The translations under genes and the position numbers were made by a program. The notes under the pieces are model-generated. The model ran no database searches. It was not told the origin of the DNA and worked only from the letters and a program-made list of their open reading frames with translations. A stretch of DNA of 64,000 nucleotides, from contig CAWCYI010000006.1 in NCBI GenBank assembly GCA_963799845.1, positions 256,001 to 320,000 of the forward strand, in the 5' to 3' direction. Positions within the stretch are counted from its first letter, which is position 1. Every line of letters begins with the position of its first letter. This DNA comes from an uncultured Nitrososphaerota archaeon (GTDB lineage Archaea; Thermoproteota; Nitrososphaeria; Nitrososphaerales; CADDZS01). Shown in pieces: positions 40,085 through 50,255 of this stretch.

Positions 40085-41416
40085 TTACTGCTGCCTGTTC
40101 ATCTGTTTCATCATTGCTCTAAATTGTCTGCCTTTACTCGCCTTCATCACCGATTTTGCCTGCTTGTATCTTGTGAGCAGATCCTTTACCTCTCTCTCAG
40201 GGACTCCCGTTCCCCTCGCGATCCTCTTGATGCGCTGAGAATTCAGAAGATCGGGGTCCTCCCTTTCCGTCGGAGTCATTGCTTGGATCATCGCTCGCCA
40301 GTACTTCATTTTTCCCTCGATTTCTTCAATGTTCTCCGTGGGCATGTTAGCCTGAGAGAATCCCGGTAATGACTCGAGTATCTTTCGGAGGGAGCCCATT
40401 TTCTTCACTGATTCAATCTGAAGTAGGAAGTCGTTCATCGTCAATTTGCCGGACATCATTCGTTTGATCTGCTTCTCGTCTGCAACCGATTCCAGTTCCT
40501 TTGCCCTTTCAAGCAGGGCCTGCAGGTCTCCCATCCCCAACAAACGGCCGACAAACCTGGTGGGGTTGAATGCCTCCAAATCATCGACGCGCTCGCCGTT
40601 GCCGATAAAGAATATCTTCGCCCCGGTGGCAGCCGCAGCCGCAAGAGCTCCACCTCCCTTTGCTGCTCCGTCGAGCTTGGTGATTATTATCCCGCCAACC
40701 GGCACAGCGTTATGGAAAGCGGACGCCTGACCAAAAGCGGCTTTCCCGATAGTCCCGTCTAAGACCAAGAAAGTAAAGTCCGGATGAACAGCTCCCGAGA
40801 TCTGTTTCATTTCATCAAGCAGACCTTTCTCTTCCTTGTGCCTACCCGCAGTATCGACAATGATCACATTCGAGTTTTGTTCACGGAAATGCTCGACTCC
40901 AACTTTTGCAACCTTCACGGAGTTTTTCTCATTATCGATTGAAAAGACTGGAACATTGATGTCTGAGCAAATAGTCTTCAACTGGGTCACCGCCCCGGGC
41001 CTGAAAGTGTCTGCAGCGATGACTCCAACGCGATATCCTTTCTTTACCAGATTCCTGCTCAGTTTTCCAATAGTCGTCGTCTTCCCACTGCCCTGAATTC
41101 CGACAACGAGAATAACGTTCGGCCTGTTCGTGGGGAGATCGAGCTTTCCTCCCTCTCCGAGGATTCTCACAAATTCGTCGTACAGTATTTTTACGATCTG
41201 GTCTTTCCTTGGAAGACCTGGCGGGGGCTTTTCCTCAATGGCCCTTTTTTCAATTCTCTGGCAAATTTCGAGAACTATCCTTACGTCAACATCGCTAGAT
41301 AGAAGCGTCCGCTGGATGTCCTTTACGAACTCCTTGATCTCCTTCTCATCGATCGAGGCAGATCCAATCAGCTTGTTAACAGCGTTTTGAAAACCTTCCC
41401 TCAGTTTGTCTAGCAT
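40085..41416 (-). CDS. srp54: Signal recognition particle protein SRP54
   Basis: GIQGSGKTTT, DTFRPGA, DTAGRH, TKLDG and RIxRIARGTG. Confidence 0.97.
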   Translation of the reverse strand: MLDKLREGFQNAVNKLIGSASIDEKEIKEFVKDIQRTLLSSDVDVRIVLEICQRIEKRAIEEKPPPGLPRKDQIVKILYDEFVRILGEGGKLDLPTNRPNVILVVGIQGSGKTTTIGKLSRNLVKKGYRVGVIAADTFRPGAVTQLKTICSDINVPVFSIDNEKNSVKVAKVGVEHFREQNSNVIIVDTAGRHKEEKGLLDEMKQISGAVHPDFTFLVLDGTIGKAAFGQASAFHNAVPVGGIIITKLDGAAKGGGALAAAAATGAKIFFIGNGERVDDLEAFNPTRFVGRLLGMGDLQALLERAKELESVADEKQIKRMMSGKLTMNDFLLQIESVKKMGSLRKILESLPGFSQANMPTENIEEIEGKMKYWRAMIQAMTPTEREDPDLLNSQRIKRIARGTGVPEREVKDLLTRYKQAKSVMKASKGRQFRAMMKQMNRQQ

Positions 41417-41537
41417 GGAATCTAAATCCTTGGTCGTTACTTTGATTTAAGTTTGTAGAATCGATTCGATGAGTTGAGTCGCCAATTACATCGCCCGTTT
41501 CAAGAAAAGGGTCTGAATCGGTATTCTAAGTAATATT

Positions 41538-42281
41538 CTAAAAAATCTCGAAAGACTCTGGAATATTTTGACCTGTACGAATCCGATCCTTTCTGACAAG
41601 CGTCGCCTTTTTTATCTCAAGCTTTCCTTCGTAGCCGTTCCATTTCTTCACAGATTCACCGATTTCAATACGGCTTCTCGGATATAGAGGACAATCGAGG
41701 ACCAACGTCTCCCCTTCACCGCCTTCAAGAGCGGGGTTAAATCGATATTTTGAAGAGAGATTCAAAAGTTCCCTTACTGCTTGTTTGTCGATCGGCCTTC
41801 CAAGCCAAGTGTCATCCAATCCCGCTGCAGAAACCGAAGTGAGAATGAAATTGAAGCCTTTCTCCACAATCTCGGAAACGTATGTTACCTGATCAACACC
41901 CCAGAGAGGGGCCTTAGAAATAAGGCCGATGTCCTCTGCTATCCTATCCAGCCGGGATTTTTGATATCCGCTGCACAACGCCCCTGATCCGAGATGTGTG
42001 AATCCAAATTCCTTTCTCGCTTCACCGATCGTGTTCTTGATGTCAGATAACTCGCTCTCTTTTTCACCCTTTGTGTGCCCCAGGACACAAGGAATTTCGA
42101 GCGCTCTCGCACAGAGGTCAGCAGCATGGATGTTCGAGGTGTGCAACATGTAGCTATCTGCGTTCTCAGAGATCATAGTTATTAGGCAAGAAATTTGGAA
42201 TCCGGAATTTCTGAGCCTCTCGATTGTATACGTGCTATCCTTGCCTCCCGAATAAAGCACTGCGGCATTTTTCTCGTCCAT
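41538..42281 (-). CDS. dph6: Diphthine--ammonia ligase (Dph6-family PP-loop ATPase)
   Basis: YSGGKDS, SYMLH, YQKxR and EGGEGETLVLDCP. Confidence 0.85.
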   Translation of the reverse strand: MDEKNAAVLYSGGKDSTYTIERLRNSGFQISCLITMISENADSYMLHTSNIHAADLCARALEIPCVLGHTKGEKESELSDIKNTIGEARKEFGFTHLGSGALCSGYQKSRLDRIAEDIGLISKAPLWGVDQVTYVSEIVEKGFNFILTSVSAAGLDDTWLGRPIDKQAVRELLNLSSKYRFNPALEGGEGETLVLDCPLYPRSRIEIGESVKKWNGYEGKLEIKKATLVRKDRIRTGQNIPESFEIF

Positions 42282-42427
42282 TCAAATAACTCCTCCAAAA
42301 AAAGGTGAAATTTCAGATCCTGTAGCAGTAGTCTCTTGTCGGCACGTCGATCTTAGATAAGTAGAAACGATGTAACAGAAGCATTTAAAGCGCTTCTGCA
42401 AGAACTCGTTCGGAGAGTCACTGGTTT

Positions 42428-42706
42428 ATGCCGAAGTCGCGTGGCTATAGGAGAAAGACAAGGGCGATGTTTAGGGGCAAGCCCAGGTCTCCTCTCGGAG
42501 CGTTTTTGCGAGAGTATAAAGTGGGAGATCGAGTAGTTATTGATGTTGATTCTCGACAGCCGAAGGGTATGCCTCACAGGCGATTTCAGGGCTCGGTTGG
42601 AAGCGTTGAAGAAATCAGACGACGGAGCCTGGTCTTGGACGTACCTGTGGGAGACACCCGAAAGACGGTCGTTGCTCGATTAGAGCATGTTCGTCCTCTC
42701 GCGTGA
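42428..42706 (+). CDS. rpl21e: 50S ribosomal protein L21e
   Basis: SRGYRRKTR, KGMPHRRFQG and RLEHV. Confidence 0.96.
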   Translation: MPKSRGYRRKTRAMFRGKPRSPLGAFLREYKVGDRVVIDVDSRQPKGMPHRRFQGSVGSVEEIRRRSLVLDVPVGDTRKTVVARLEHVRPLA

Positions 42707-42742
42707 TCTAGTTCTAGTTGTTAATGGAATAGTTGGACGATT

Positions 42743-43084
42743 GTGACTGAGCAGACACAACAGCAGATCGCCGCAAAGAAGGCGCGGATAATAACGATCT
42801 CTGAAGCGCGAGAGATACTCTCCAAGATAGACCCGGAGCAGACCGATCAGATACAGAAGCGAACGATGGATTATCTGCTGAAGTTCTCGAAGGAAGAACC
42901 TGAGAAGGCTAAAAAGATGAGAAAGATGCTGATCGATGAATGTTCTCTGACAACCGAAGAAGCCACAGAACTTGTCAATGTATTGCCAAAGTCGCAAGAA
43001 GAGCTTAGAGTGTTCACCTCTGGCTGGAGAAAACTAATCCCTACCGCAACGGTGGAAAAGATCCTGAAAATTTTGTCCGATTAG
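42743..43084 (+). CDS. rpoF: RNA polymerase subunit F (Rpo4)
   Basis: ITISEAREIL, QKRTxDYLxKFSK and NVLPxxxEELR; canonical synteny. Confidence 0.9.
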   Translation: MTEQTQQQIAAKKARIITISEAREILSKIDPEQTDQIQKRTMDYLLKFSKEEPEKAKKMRKMLIDECSLTTEEATELVNVLPKSQEELRVFTSGWRKLIPTATVEKILKILSD

Positions 43085-43204
43085 CGAGCTCCACGTTTCG
43101 GAATTCAAATTTAACCTCGATTCGCACAATCGAAAGATGGGTTTTTCAGACACTTTTTGAAAATTCCGATCCAGTATACATTGATAAGAATCGTGTGAGA
43201 AAAA

Positions 43205-43771
43205 TTGTACGCTTCTACGCCTGCCGCGAAGAAGTACGAGGAGTTTGCATACGCTCTTGATTTTATTCCCCGCGGAAAATCCTTCATCATTAAGGAAAGA
43301 GAAGGTCCCCTAGTTCAGGCAGTTGGAGAGGAGCGACTTACCTTGCTTGAAATTCTCGCGACCCCCGAATCGGATTTCATAGTCGGTGAAAAAATTGCGA
43401 TTGGAAAAGAAAACCGGACGAAGATAGTCAGCGTTCTTGGTAAGCTAAATTACGACGAGCTTACTTCCGAAGCTCGAAATGAACTACAGTCAGTTCTGGA
43501 AAAGATGATTGCGGAAAATGAGTCCAGGTACGTCACTTATTTCAACGAGTTGCAACCCCTGACTCCCAGACTGCACGCTCTGGAACTAATACCCGGAATC
43601 GGCAAGACATTCATGAGACAGATTGTTTCGGAGAGAGAAAGGAAGCTGTTTGATAGTTTCGCAGATCTTGAAAGACGCGTCGGAATCCGCGATCCGGCCA
43701 AATTGCTGGCAAAGCGGATTGTCGAAGAACTTTCAGGCGGTTCCAGGATAACTATCTTTGTCCATCACTAA
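43205..43771 (+). CDS. DUF655 family protein (HhH)
   Basis: QAVGE..LTLLE, RLHALELIPGIGK and FxSFxDLxxRV. Confidence 0.92.
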   Translation: MYASTPAAKKYEEFAYALDFIPRGKSFIIKEREGPLVQAVGEERLTLLEILATPESDFIVGEKIAIGKENRTKIVSVLGKLNYDELTSEARNELQSVLEKMIAENESRYVTYFNELQPLTPRLHALELIPGIGKTFMRQIVSERERKLFDSFADLERRVGIRDPAKLLAKRIVEELSGGSRITIFVHH

Positions 43772-44585
43772 TGTTCGGAGCTTTTGTTCGGGAGATGGAG
43801 AAGAAACTTGCTAAAGCCAAGCGGAGGAGAATCAGTCTTGGTCAGCACATGCTTGCTTCAGATCTTGCCGCTGACAAGCTAGTCGCGGTCTGTAATCTTT
43901 CTCGTGGCGAACGAGTCCTTGAGATAGGGACCGGCCTCGGAATACTTACGCGGCGGTTGGCGGAAAAGTCGGCCTTCGTCAAGAGCTTCGAAATAGACGA
44001 TCACTTCTACGAGTTTGCCAAGAAGTCGCTTTCGACTTATCAGAACGTGGAGGTTGTCAAAGGGGACGCTTTCGAACATGAATTGGACGAAGTGTTCGAC
44101 ATCTGCGTCACCAGTCTACCTTATTCCCAATCCTTGAGGTTTGTAAGATGGCTTGCTCTAAACTGCAGATTCTTCAAAAGATCGGTGGTGATCGTCCAGT
44201 TGGAATTCGCAAACAAACTTGTTTCAGATCCAGGCATTCCATCCTACAGGGCCATATCGGTAGTGGCACAGATAAGCTTTGAAATTCAAAAACTCTTTCC
44301 CATCGGCAAAACAGATTTTGACCCTCCCCCAAGAGTTGCATCCCAAGTGCTCGGGCTCTCCCTGAACGATCGTTTGGAGCAGCCCTTCTTTAACAAGAAT
44401 AGTATCCACGTTTTGGATCAACTCTTTTCTTTCCGTGGTAGGCGCCTGTCTTCGGCGGTGAAAAGCTCTCTACCGTAGAAACTTCGAGTAATCTTTCTCC
44501 GGAGATTCTCTCTACCAGAATAGAGAACATTTCACCTCTGGAGTATTCAGAAATCTTGCCCCAAATTGAGCTGCGTATGTCGTGA
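43771..44585 (+). CDS. rsmA: 16S rRNA dimethyladenosine transferase KsgA/RsmA (apparent -1 frameshift at ~44461)
   Basis: LGQHML, EIGTGLG, SLPY and FDPPPRV; corrected C-terminus ...RIENISPLEYSEILPQIELRMS*. Confidence 0.9.
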
Positions 44586-45118
44586 GCGGACGCCCTTACA
44601 TTTACGCGGAAGATTCTAGACTACTCGGCGATGCTGTATCATCCCTGGACGACACAGATTCCTTTCTCGAAATCGGAGCCGGAAACGGCGGAAATCTGGT
44701 CAGAGTGAAGGACAAATTCAGACTTGTTGTCGGCACCGACATCAATCTAGAAATTCGAAGTGGTTTTTCCCCGGTAGTTCAACTTGTAATAGCCGACAAG
44801 GTTAGTTGCTTTCGTTCCTCGAGTTTTGACCTAGTGGCGTTCAATCCTCCTTACGTACCTTCTGAAGGAATCAAAGATCGAACGACAGATGGAGGCCGAA
44901 ACGGGATGGAAATTCCATTGGAATTTCTTTCTAGTGCGCTTGAGGTGTTGAAACCAGAGGGGAGAATTGCCATGGTCGTTTCGAGCGAGGATTCGATAGA
45001 AGAGCTTGAAGATTTTTGCATGAATAGGGGACTGCAGGCTACCAAGATCGCTGAGGCTAGATTATTTTTCGAGTCGTTGTTCGTTTATCTGATTAAGCAT
45101 CGAGAGAACGGTTGTTGA
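44582..45118 (+). CDS. HemK2/N6AMT1-like methyltransferase
   Basis: AEDSxLL, LEIGAGNG, FNPPY, GGRNG and LFFE. Confidence 0.88.
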   Translation: MSGRPYIYAEDSRLLGDAVSSLDDTDSFLEIGAGNGGNLVRVKDKFRLVVGTDINLEIRSGFSPVVQLVIADKVSCFRSSSFDLVAFNPPYVPSEGIKDRTTDGGRNGMEIPLEFLSSALEVLKPEGRIAMVVSSEDSIEELEDFCMNRGLQATKIAEARLFFESLFVYLIKHRENGC

Positions 45119-45121
45119 ATA

Positions 45122-45943
45122 ATGTCCCAGAGAGTCCGAAAAAACGCAGAAGGGAAGGCTCCTCTATCCCGCTTTGCAGTGGGGATAGTCGAACCAGAGT
45201 TCGGGATTAATCTGGGGTATCTTGCAAGAACCATGGCAAACTTTGGAATGCAAAATCTTCTCGTTATATCTAGCAAGAAGTTGGATGAAGAGAATCTCTC
45301 AAAGGCAAGGTTGTTTGCAGCCCACGGGCGATGGCTGATTGACCGATTACAGTATGTCCACTCTCTTGAGAAATTGAAACGAAAGTACAAAATGCTGATC
45401 GGAACAACCGCCATAGAAGGCAGGAGAAAATCGAACATCACCCGGAAGACGCTGGGCGTTGAAGAATGTGCTGCGACGGTTGTCTCAAGACTTAGACCTC
45501 GCTCAAATGCCTGCTTTATTTTTGGTCGCGATACCACGGGATTGACCAATGAAGAGTTGAAGGCTTGCGATTACACCGTGACAATACGAACGCACTCCAA
45601 CTATAACACGCTTAACGTGTCTCATGCTGCAGCCATCATTTTTTACATATTCACAATCACACAAAGACGATCCAGTCTTAACACTGGACTGAGACAAAGT
45701 CAGCCGAAATGGAATGGATCCGCCGCTCTTGCGACGAGGAAAGAAAGAGACCGGGTGGTGTTACTTTTCCAGAAACTTGCGGAAGAAGCCGAATTCAAAG
45801 AATTCAAATCCAAACTTCTGCAAGAAACATTGCAGAGGATGTTTAATAGAGGAGAGCCTTCACTCAGGGAGCTTTACCTGCTCATGGGACTGGCGTCTAA
45901 AGCTACCTCGAAGATAAAAAGGCTCTCTAAACGAGCGTCATAA
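45122..45943 (+). CDS. trmJ: SPOUT methyltransferase, TrmJ/LasT family
   Basis: VEPxxxxNLGxxARxMxNFG, FGRDxxGLTNEEL and YxTLNVSHAA. Confidence 0.88.
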   Translation: MSQRVRKNAEGKAPLSRFAVGIVEPEFGINLGYLARTMANFGMQNLLVISSKKLDEENLSKARLFAAHGRWLIDRLQYVHSLEKLKRKYKMLIGTTAIEGRRKSNITRKTLGVEECAATVVSRLRPRSNACFIFGRDTTGLTNEELKACDYTVTIRTHSNYNTLNVSHAAAIIFYIFTITQRRSSLNTGLRQSQPKWNGSAALATRKERDRVVLLFQKLAEEAEFKEFKSKLLQETLQRMFNRGEPSLRELYLLMGLASKATSKIKRLSKRAS

Positions 45944-47126
45944 GATAGACTTTGCGGCGAATAATTTTCTTCTTGGTCGTCGGCACGGCGCACGGATTCT
46001 CCACGTTCACTCCGGTTACTTGAGGATGGAAGACCGCAAAACCGAGATCGCTCATCGATTCAAGGTCCATGCTGTGTCCCCGTCCTCTGTCGTCAACTAC
46101 CTCAGGTACAACAATCGAGACTTTGCCGTTTTTTTCGAGAATTCTGGAGAACGCTCTAAATGCGTCTTCGTAATTTTCCTTGGCAGTGCGAACGATTTGA
46201 CCCGCCTCACCTGCTGTCGGATTTTTCTCCAACTTTGGAATCAGAATGGGTTCTGTCGCAATCGCATCGATTTTCGGGATGTTCTCCTTTTCGATTCTTG
46301 ATGTGTCCGCTCGCGTGACATAGTAGGACAGCTTGGGAGAAATCTGAAATTGCTTTTTCATCCATTCCAGGTTCTTTCGACACTTGATAACGCCTTGGCC
46401 CGATAACTCGATGCCTACGGCATTATAACCAGCGATCATCGCTTCCTGAAGTATTGTTCCGAGACCGCAGAATGGATCGAGGATAGTCCTTCCCTTACTC
46501 AAACCACAAAGGTTTACCAGAACGCGAGCGAGCCGAGGTCCAAGCGTTACAGTGGGGTCTTGATACGGGCGTCCAAAATCTCTCTCCCCGAATCCTTCGA
46601 TATCTGAAGTAAATTCGGTATATCCGTATTGAGGTCTCGAAAAGCGACAATCAACTATGATATCGAGACCACGCACCCTTGAATCGTTTTTTGCAATAAC
46701 ACTTTTGACCAGATCGGACAATCTCAGCTCCCTTACATCGCCTTCCTCATCTGACTTGAGAAATCTCGACTTTCCGAGTGATTCGCTTTTAAGAAAATCC
46801 GAAATGGAGACTTTGGCATCCTCATATGTGTCGAGGTCGCAACCGTAACTGGAAATTGTCCAATTGAATTTGGGACTCTCGGGGAGCGGGAGAGCTCTAG
46901 TCAATTCCTCCAATGAATTTCCGCAAACTCTGGCTACCTTGAATACTCCGCCTAATTTCTTTGCCAGCGCTTTTCCAGTTTCCCGGCTGCATTGAAGCAA
47001 TAGAGAATCTCTTGTACTTTCCAGTATTTCAAAATCGAAATTGCCGGAGTCTTTGACTCTGACTATTTCGATTGTAGATAGCTGTGCGTATGAAAGAATG
47101 CAGAGGAATTTCTGATCCGGAATCAA
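45927..47126 (-). CDS. TRM11-like SAM-dependent RNA methyltransferase
   Basis: RDxxRP, PRLARVLVNL, LDPFCGLGT and ATEP. Confidence 0.78.
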   Translation of the reverse strand: MIPDQKFLCILSYAQLSTIEIVRVKDSGNFDFEILESTRDSLLLQCSRETGKALAKKLGGVFKVARVCGNSLEELTRALPLPESPKFNWTISSYGCDLDTYEDAKVSISDFLKSESLGKSRFLKSDEEGDVRELRLSDLVKSVIAKNDSRVRGLDIIVDCRFSRPQYGYTEFTSDIEGFGERDFGRPYQDPTVTLGPRLARVLVNLCGLSKGRTILDPFCGLGTILQEAMIAGYNAVGIELSGQGVIKCRKNLEWMKKQFQISPKLSYYVTRADTSRIEKENIPKIDAIATEPILIPKLEKNPTAGEAGQIVRTAKENYEDAFRAFSRILEKNGKVSIVVPEVVDDRGRGHSMDLESMSDLGFAVFHPQVTGVNVENPCAVPTTKKKIIRRKVYLMTLV

Positions 47127-47227
47127 TACAATACTTCACGCAACGCGGTCAGCTTCGAATTCGAACGATCTCCTTTGATTCACGCATCTTGACTTAAATA
47201 GTGATCAGGTCACATTCGGACAATATC

Positions 47228-47806
47228 TTGTCCAAGGCGCCTACTCAGACAAAATCGTTCAGACTCGACGCCGATGTTCTGGAATCGCTCGAAATTGAGA
47301 GTGCTCGTCGTGGAACGAGTGTTAACAATCTGACTAACCAAATCCTGAGAAAGTGGGTTAATTTTGATCGCTACCTGCAAGATTTTGGGACCCTTGTTCT
47401 TTCGGTTCAAGACTTCTTAAGAGCAATCAATTCTTTCGACGACGAGACTATCCGCTCACTAGCTATTGAAAGCGGCAAGCGATTTCCAAAGGATCTGATA
47501 CTATTTACTGGCCAGAAAAATGATCTCAAAACATGCATTAGATTCGTCGAGACCATCCTCTGTGATTACATGAGATGGGCGAACTATCATAGCACTTCTG
47601 GCGAAACAGAGTTCGTGATCACTTTGAGGCACAACTACGGCAGCAAGTGGTCCATCGCGCTAGAGTCAATGCTCACGAGCATGTTCCAGACCAACGTTTC
47701 CATAGTTCCTCGGTTTACTGTTACTGAGAGCACCGTTCTCATGTCCATCGAAAAAGTACCAGAGCCCAAGACCGAGCCGACGGCCAATATTGAATCCATC
47801 GGCTAG
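47228..47806 (+). CDS. Ribbon-helix-helix protein with C-terminal ligand-binding-like domain
   Basis: TKSFRLDxxxxxxLxxESxRRGTSVNxLxNQIL; start reassigned to TTG 47228 because a TATA box (TTAAATA) sits at 47194. Confidence 0.7.
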   Translation: MSKAPTQTKSFRLDADVLESLEIESARRGTSVNNLTNQILRKWVNFDRYLQDFGTLVLSVQDFLRAINSFDDETIRSLAIESGKRFPKDLILFTGQKNDLKTCIRFVETILCDYMRWANYHSTSGETEFVITLRHNYGSKWSIALESMLTSMFQTNVSIVPRFTVTESTVLMSIEKVPEPKTEPTANIESIG

Positions 47807-47872
47807 TCGGATTATCAGCGGACGGGTAACGTTAAGTACCCTGCTGGGAAATTGTTTTTTTGCGAATTTCTG

Positions 47873-48397
47873 TTGAAAGGAAAGAACTACCGCCTGACAA
47901 GCGGGATGCCTCTTACAAGCAAAGTGTATTCTCCTGGCGCCCCGAATTCAAAAATTGCAAGGTTCAGCACTGGTCAAGCCAGTCCTGATTATGATTACAT
48001 TCTGAAGCTCGTTAGCACAGAAAAAGTTCAGATTAGACACAATGCTTTGGAAGCGGCAAGGGTTGCTGCGAATAAGAAATTGACCCCCATCGGAGAGACT
48101 GCATATTTTCTGAGGGTCAAAGTTTACCCCCACGTTATTCTTAGGGAAAACAGGATGATTGCAACTGCTGGTGCAGATCGTTTGCAGGAAGGTATGCGAA
48201 AGGCCTGGGGAAAGCCAATGGGGCTGGCAGCTAGGGTCATGCCGGGCTCTGTTATTTTGGAACTTTATATCAAGAAAGAAAATCTGGTAAAGGCAAAGGA
48301 AGCTATGAGAAGTGCGTCTACTAAACTGCCAATGGTTACGCAGGTCATTGTTGAGCCCCTTCAAAAGAATGAAAGCGCAATAGCAGTCGCGAACTAG
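47873..48397 (+). CDS. rpl10e: 50S ribosomal protein L10e (uL16)
   Basis: QIRHNALEAARVAAN and AGADRLQEGMRKAWGKP; start TTG 47873. Confidence 0.96.
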   Translation: MKGKNYRLTSGMPLTSKVYSPGAPNSKIARFSTGQASPDYDYILKLVSTEKVQIRHNALEAARVAANKKLTPIGETAYFLRVKVYPHVILRENRMIATAGADRLQEGMRKAWGKPMGLAARVMPGSVILELYIKKENLVKAKEAMRSASTKLPMVTQVIVEPLQKNESAIAVAN

Positions 48398-48404
48398 AAC
48401 GGCC

Positions 48405-48432
48405 CTGCCCCATTTCCCGGGCAGTTTCGTTT
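48405..48432 (+). terminator. Putative hairpin + T-rich terminator after rpl10e
   Basis: CTGCCC-N8-GGGCAG followed by TTTCGTTT. Confidence 0.35.
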
Positions 48433-48530
48433 ATCTAGGATTGTGCATTATTGTTAGATCAATCTGCGCTTCGATGTTACGGTTTTGGATTCGCATTAGA
48501 TATTTGAGTTAGCTCAGCTCTTCAAAGTAG

Positions 48531-49553
48531 ATGGAATGTTTGACGATTAGAATCGATAGAGGTGAAATTGAAGTCATACTTCAGGAGCAACATCCTAAGA
48601 GGATTGTCTTCAACGCGCCGGACGGTCTTCTACGCGAGACGAGAAAGATTGCTCAAGAACTCGAAGCCGCCTATGGTCTGCAGGCGATTGTGATAGCCGA
48701 TCCAACGTACGGCTCGTGTGACACTGTCGATTTGGATGCTCAAAGATTGGGAGCCGACATTGCTTTCCATGTCGGGCATAACGTCACGATTAAGAAGTTC
48801 GGCAAGATCACCTATTCGATAGATGCAGTTGACGATATTTCGTTCGAGGTCGTTGCGAATAAGGCCTGCGAGTCCCTCAAGAATCTTGGCTTTCGAAGTG
48901 CGGGGCTAGCCACTTTTGCGCAACATGTGGCGGAACTTAAACGGGTCTCGGAGATTTTAGAGACAAATGGTATATCAGCCCTGATCGGCAAGGGAATGGG
49001 ACAGCTCCACGATGGACAGATATTTGGCTGCGAGTTCTATCCAGCATTCAATATTAGAGATAAAGTCGATGCCATGCTTTTGCTTGGTCCAAGCATGTTT
49101 CACGCAATAGGGCTGAGTCTTTCCACTGGTAAACCTACGTTCATGCTTGATCCATACCAGAATGAAGTTATCGACATCAGCAAGGTCGCCCAAGAGCGAC
49201 TGAAAAAAGCTGTTCTATCTGTCTATAACGCCAGGGACGCGAATTCCTTCGGAGTGATAATAGGTTTGAAAGAAGGACAAATTATGACAGACCAATCAGT
49301 TAGGTTGAAGAAAGATCTCGAATCGTTCGGCAAAAGAGTTCAGCTCATCGCCCTCCGTGAAATCACTTCTGAAAGAATCAATTCGATGACCGACATCGAG
49401 GCGTTCGTTCAGACAGGGTGCCCTAGGATAAGCGTTGACGGTTATACTTTTGGAAAACCTGTCTTGAGCGTTCCTCAGACCGATGCGCTGCTCAGTCTAC
49501 TTGCAGGCAAAGAGATAAACATGGAGATGTTCGAGAGGAAACATTGGCTTTAG
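48531..49553 (+). CDS. dph2: Diphthamide synthesis protein Dph2
   Basis: Three Fe-S cysteines: YGSCD, GQIFGC and GCPRI. Confidence 0.92.
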   Translation: MECLTIRIDRGEIEVILQEQHPKRIVFNAPDGLLRETRKIAQELEAAYGLQAIVIADPTYGSCDTVDLDAQRLGADIAFHVGHNVTIKKFGKITYSIDAVDDISFEVVANKACESLKNLGFRSAGLATFAQHVAELKRVSEILETNGISALIGKGMGQLHDGQIFGCEFYPAFNIRDKVDAMLLLGPSMFHAIGLSLSTGKPTFMLDPYQNEVIDISKVAQERLKKAVLSVYNARDANSFGVIIGLKEGQIMTDQSVRLKKDLESFGKRVQLIALREITSERINSMTDIEAFVQTGCPRISVDGYTFGKPVLSVPQTDALLSLLAGKEINMEMFERKHWL

Positions 49554-49580
49554 TAATACGTAGAAACAGAGTGTTTTACA

Positions 49581-50171
49581 ATGGAAAAAAATAATCAGAA
49601 AGAAAAATCCCGTGAAGCTATACCGGGGGACCAACTTGCAACAATAGAAGAATTTGTACCAGGAGTTGGATCTATATCTTTGGGAGATTCTGTCATATCA
49701 ACGGTAGTTGGGCATGTACAGCCAGACATGGTTAACAGGGTAATTAATGTGAAACCTTCGAGGAACGCCGATGACTCTATGCCCAAGGTGGGAGATTACG
49801 TGATAGGTCGTGTTGACAGTGCTCAGCCGTCCATGGTGCAAGTCACTATAATTGCCGTGAACGATGAAGTGAGTGACAAAGAACTGAGTGGTATGCTGTC
49901 GATGAGGGATGAGCGGCGAAGAAGGACGACGAGCCCAATCAAGGCCGGAGATACAATTAGGGCGAAAGTGATCAGTACGAAAAACTCGATTTATCATCTA
50001 GCTCTCGACGATTCAAAGACAGGAGTCATCAAGACCGTCTGCAGCAACTGCGGCGGTAATGTGATAGCAATGGGAAGGGATAGAGTAAAGTGTCGTGAAT
50101 GTGGCTTTGTGGACGAGAGGTTGCTCTCGGACGATTTTATCAAGAATTCGCGAAGTCAATCTGACGCGTGA
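49581..50171 (+). CDS. csl4: Exosome subunit Csl4
   Basis: PGDxLAxIEEF, S1 domain GDxIRAKV and CSNC...CREC. Confidence 0.92.
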   Translation: MEKNNQKEKSREAIPGDQLATIEEFVPGVGSISLGDSVISTVVGHVQPDMVNRVINVKPSRNADDSMPKVGDYVIGRVDSAQPSMVQVTIIAVNDEVSDKELSGMLSMRDERRRRTTSPIKAGDTIRAKVISTKNSIYHLALDDSKTGVIKTVCSNCGGNVIAMGRDRVKCRECGFVDERLLSDDFIKNSRSQSDA

Positions 50172-50255
50172 AATAAGACCTCCTCTGGAATTTTGATGTC
50201 AGCCGTTCAAAGAAAACATATAAAGGGTACGCAGGCCGTTAGCTGATTCTTATCC

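Noticed and set aside
44582-45118. NPPY methyltransferase as the GATC DNA methylase
   Set aside because: Motifs (AEDSxLL, GGxxG, LFFE) and position after rsmA match HemK2-type release-factor glutamine methyltransferases
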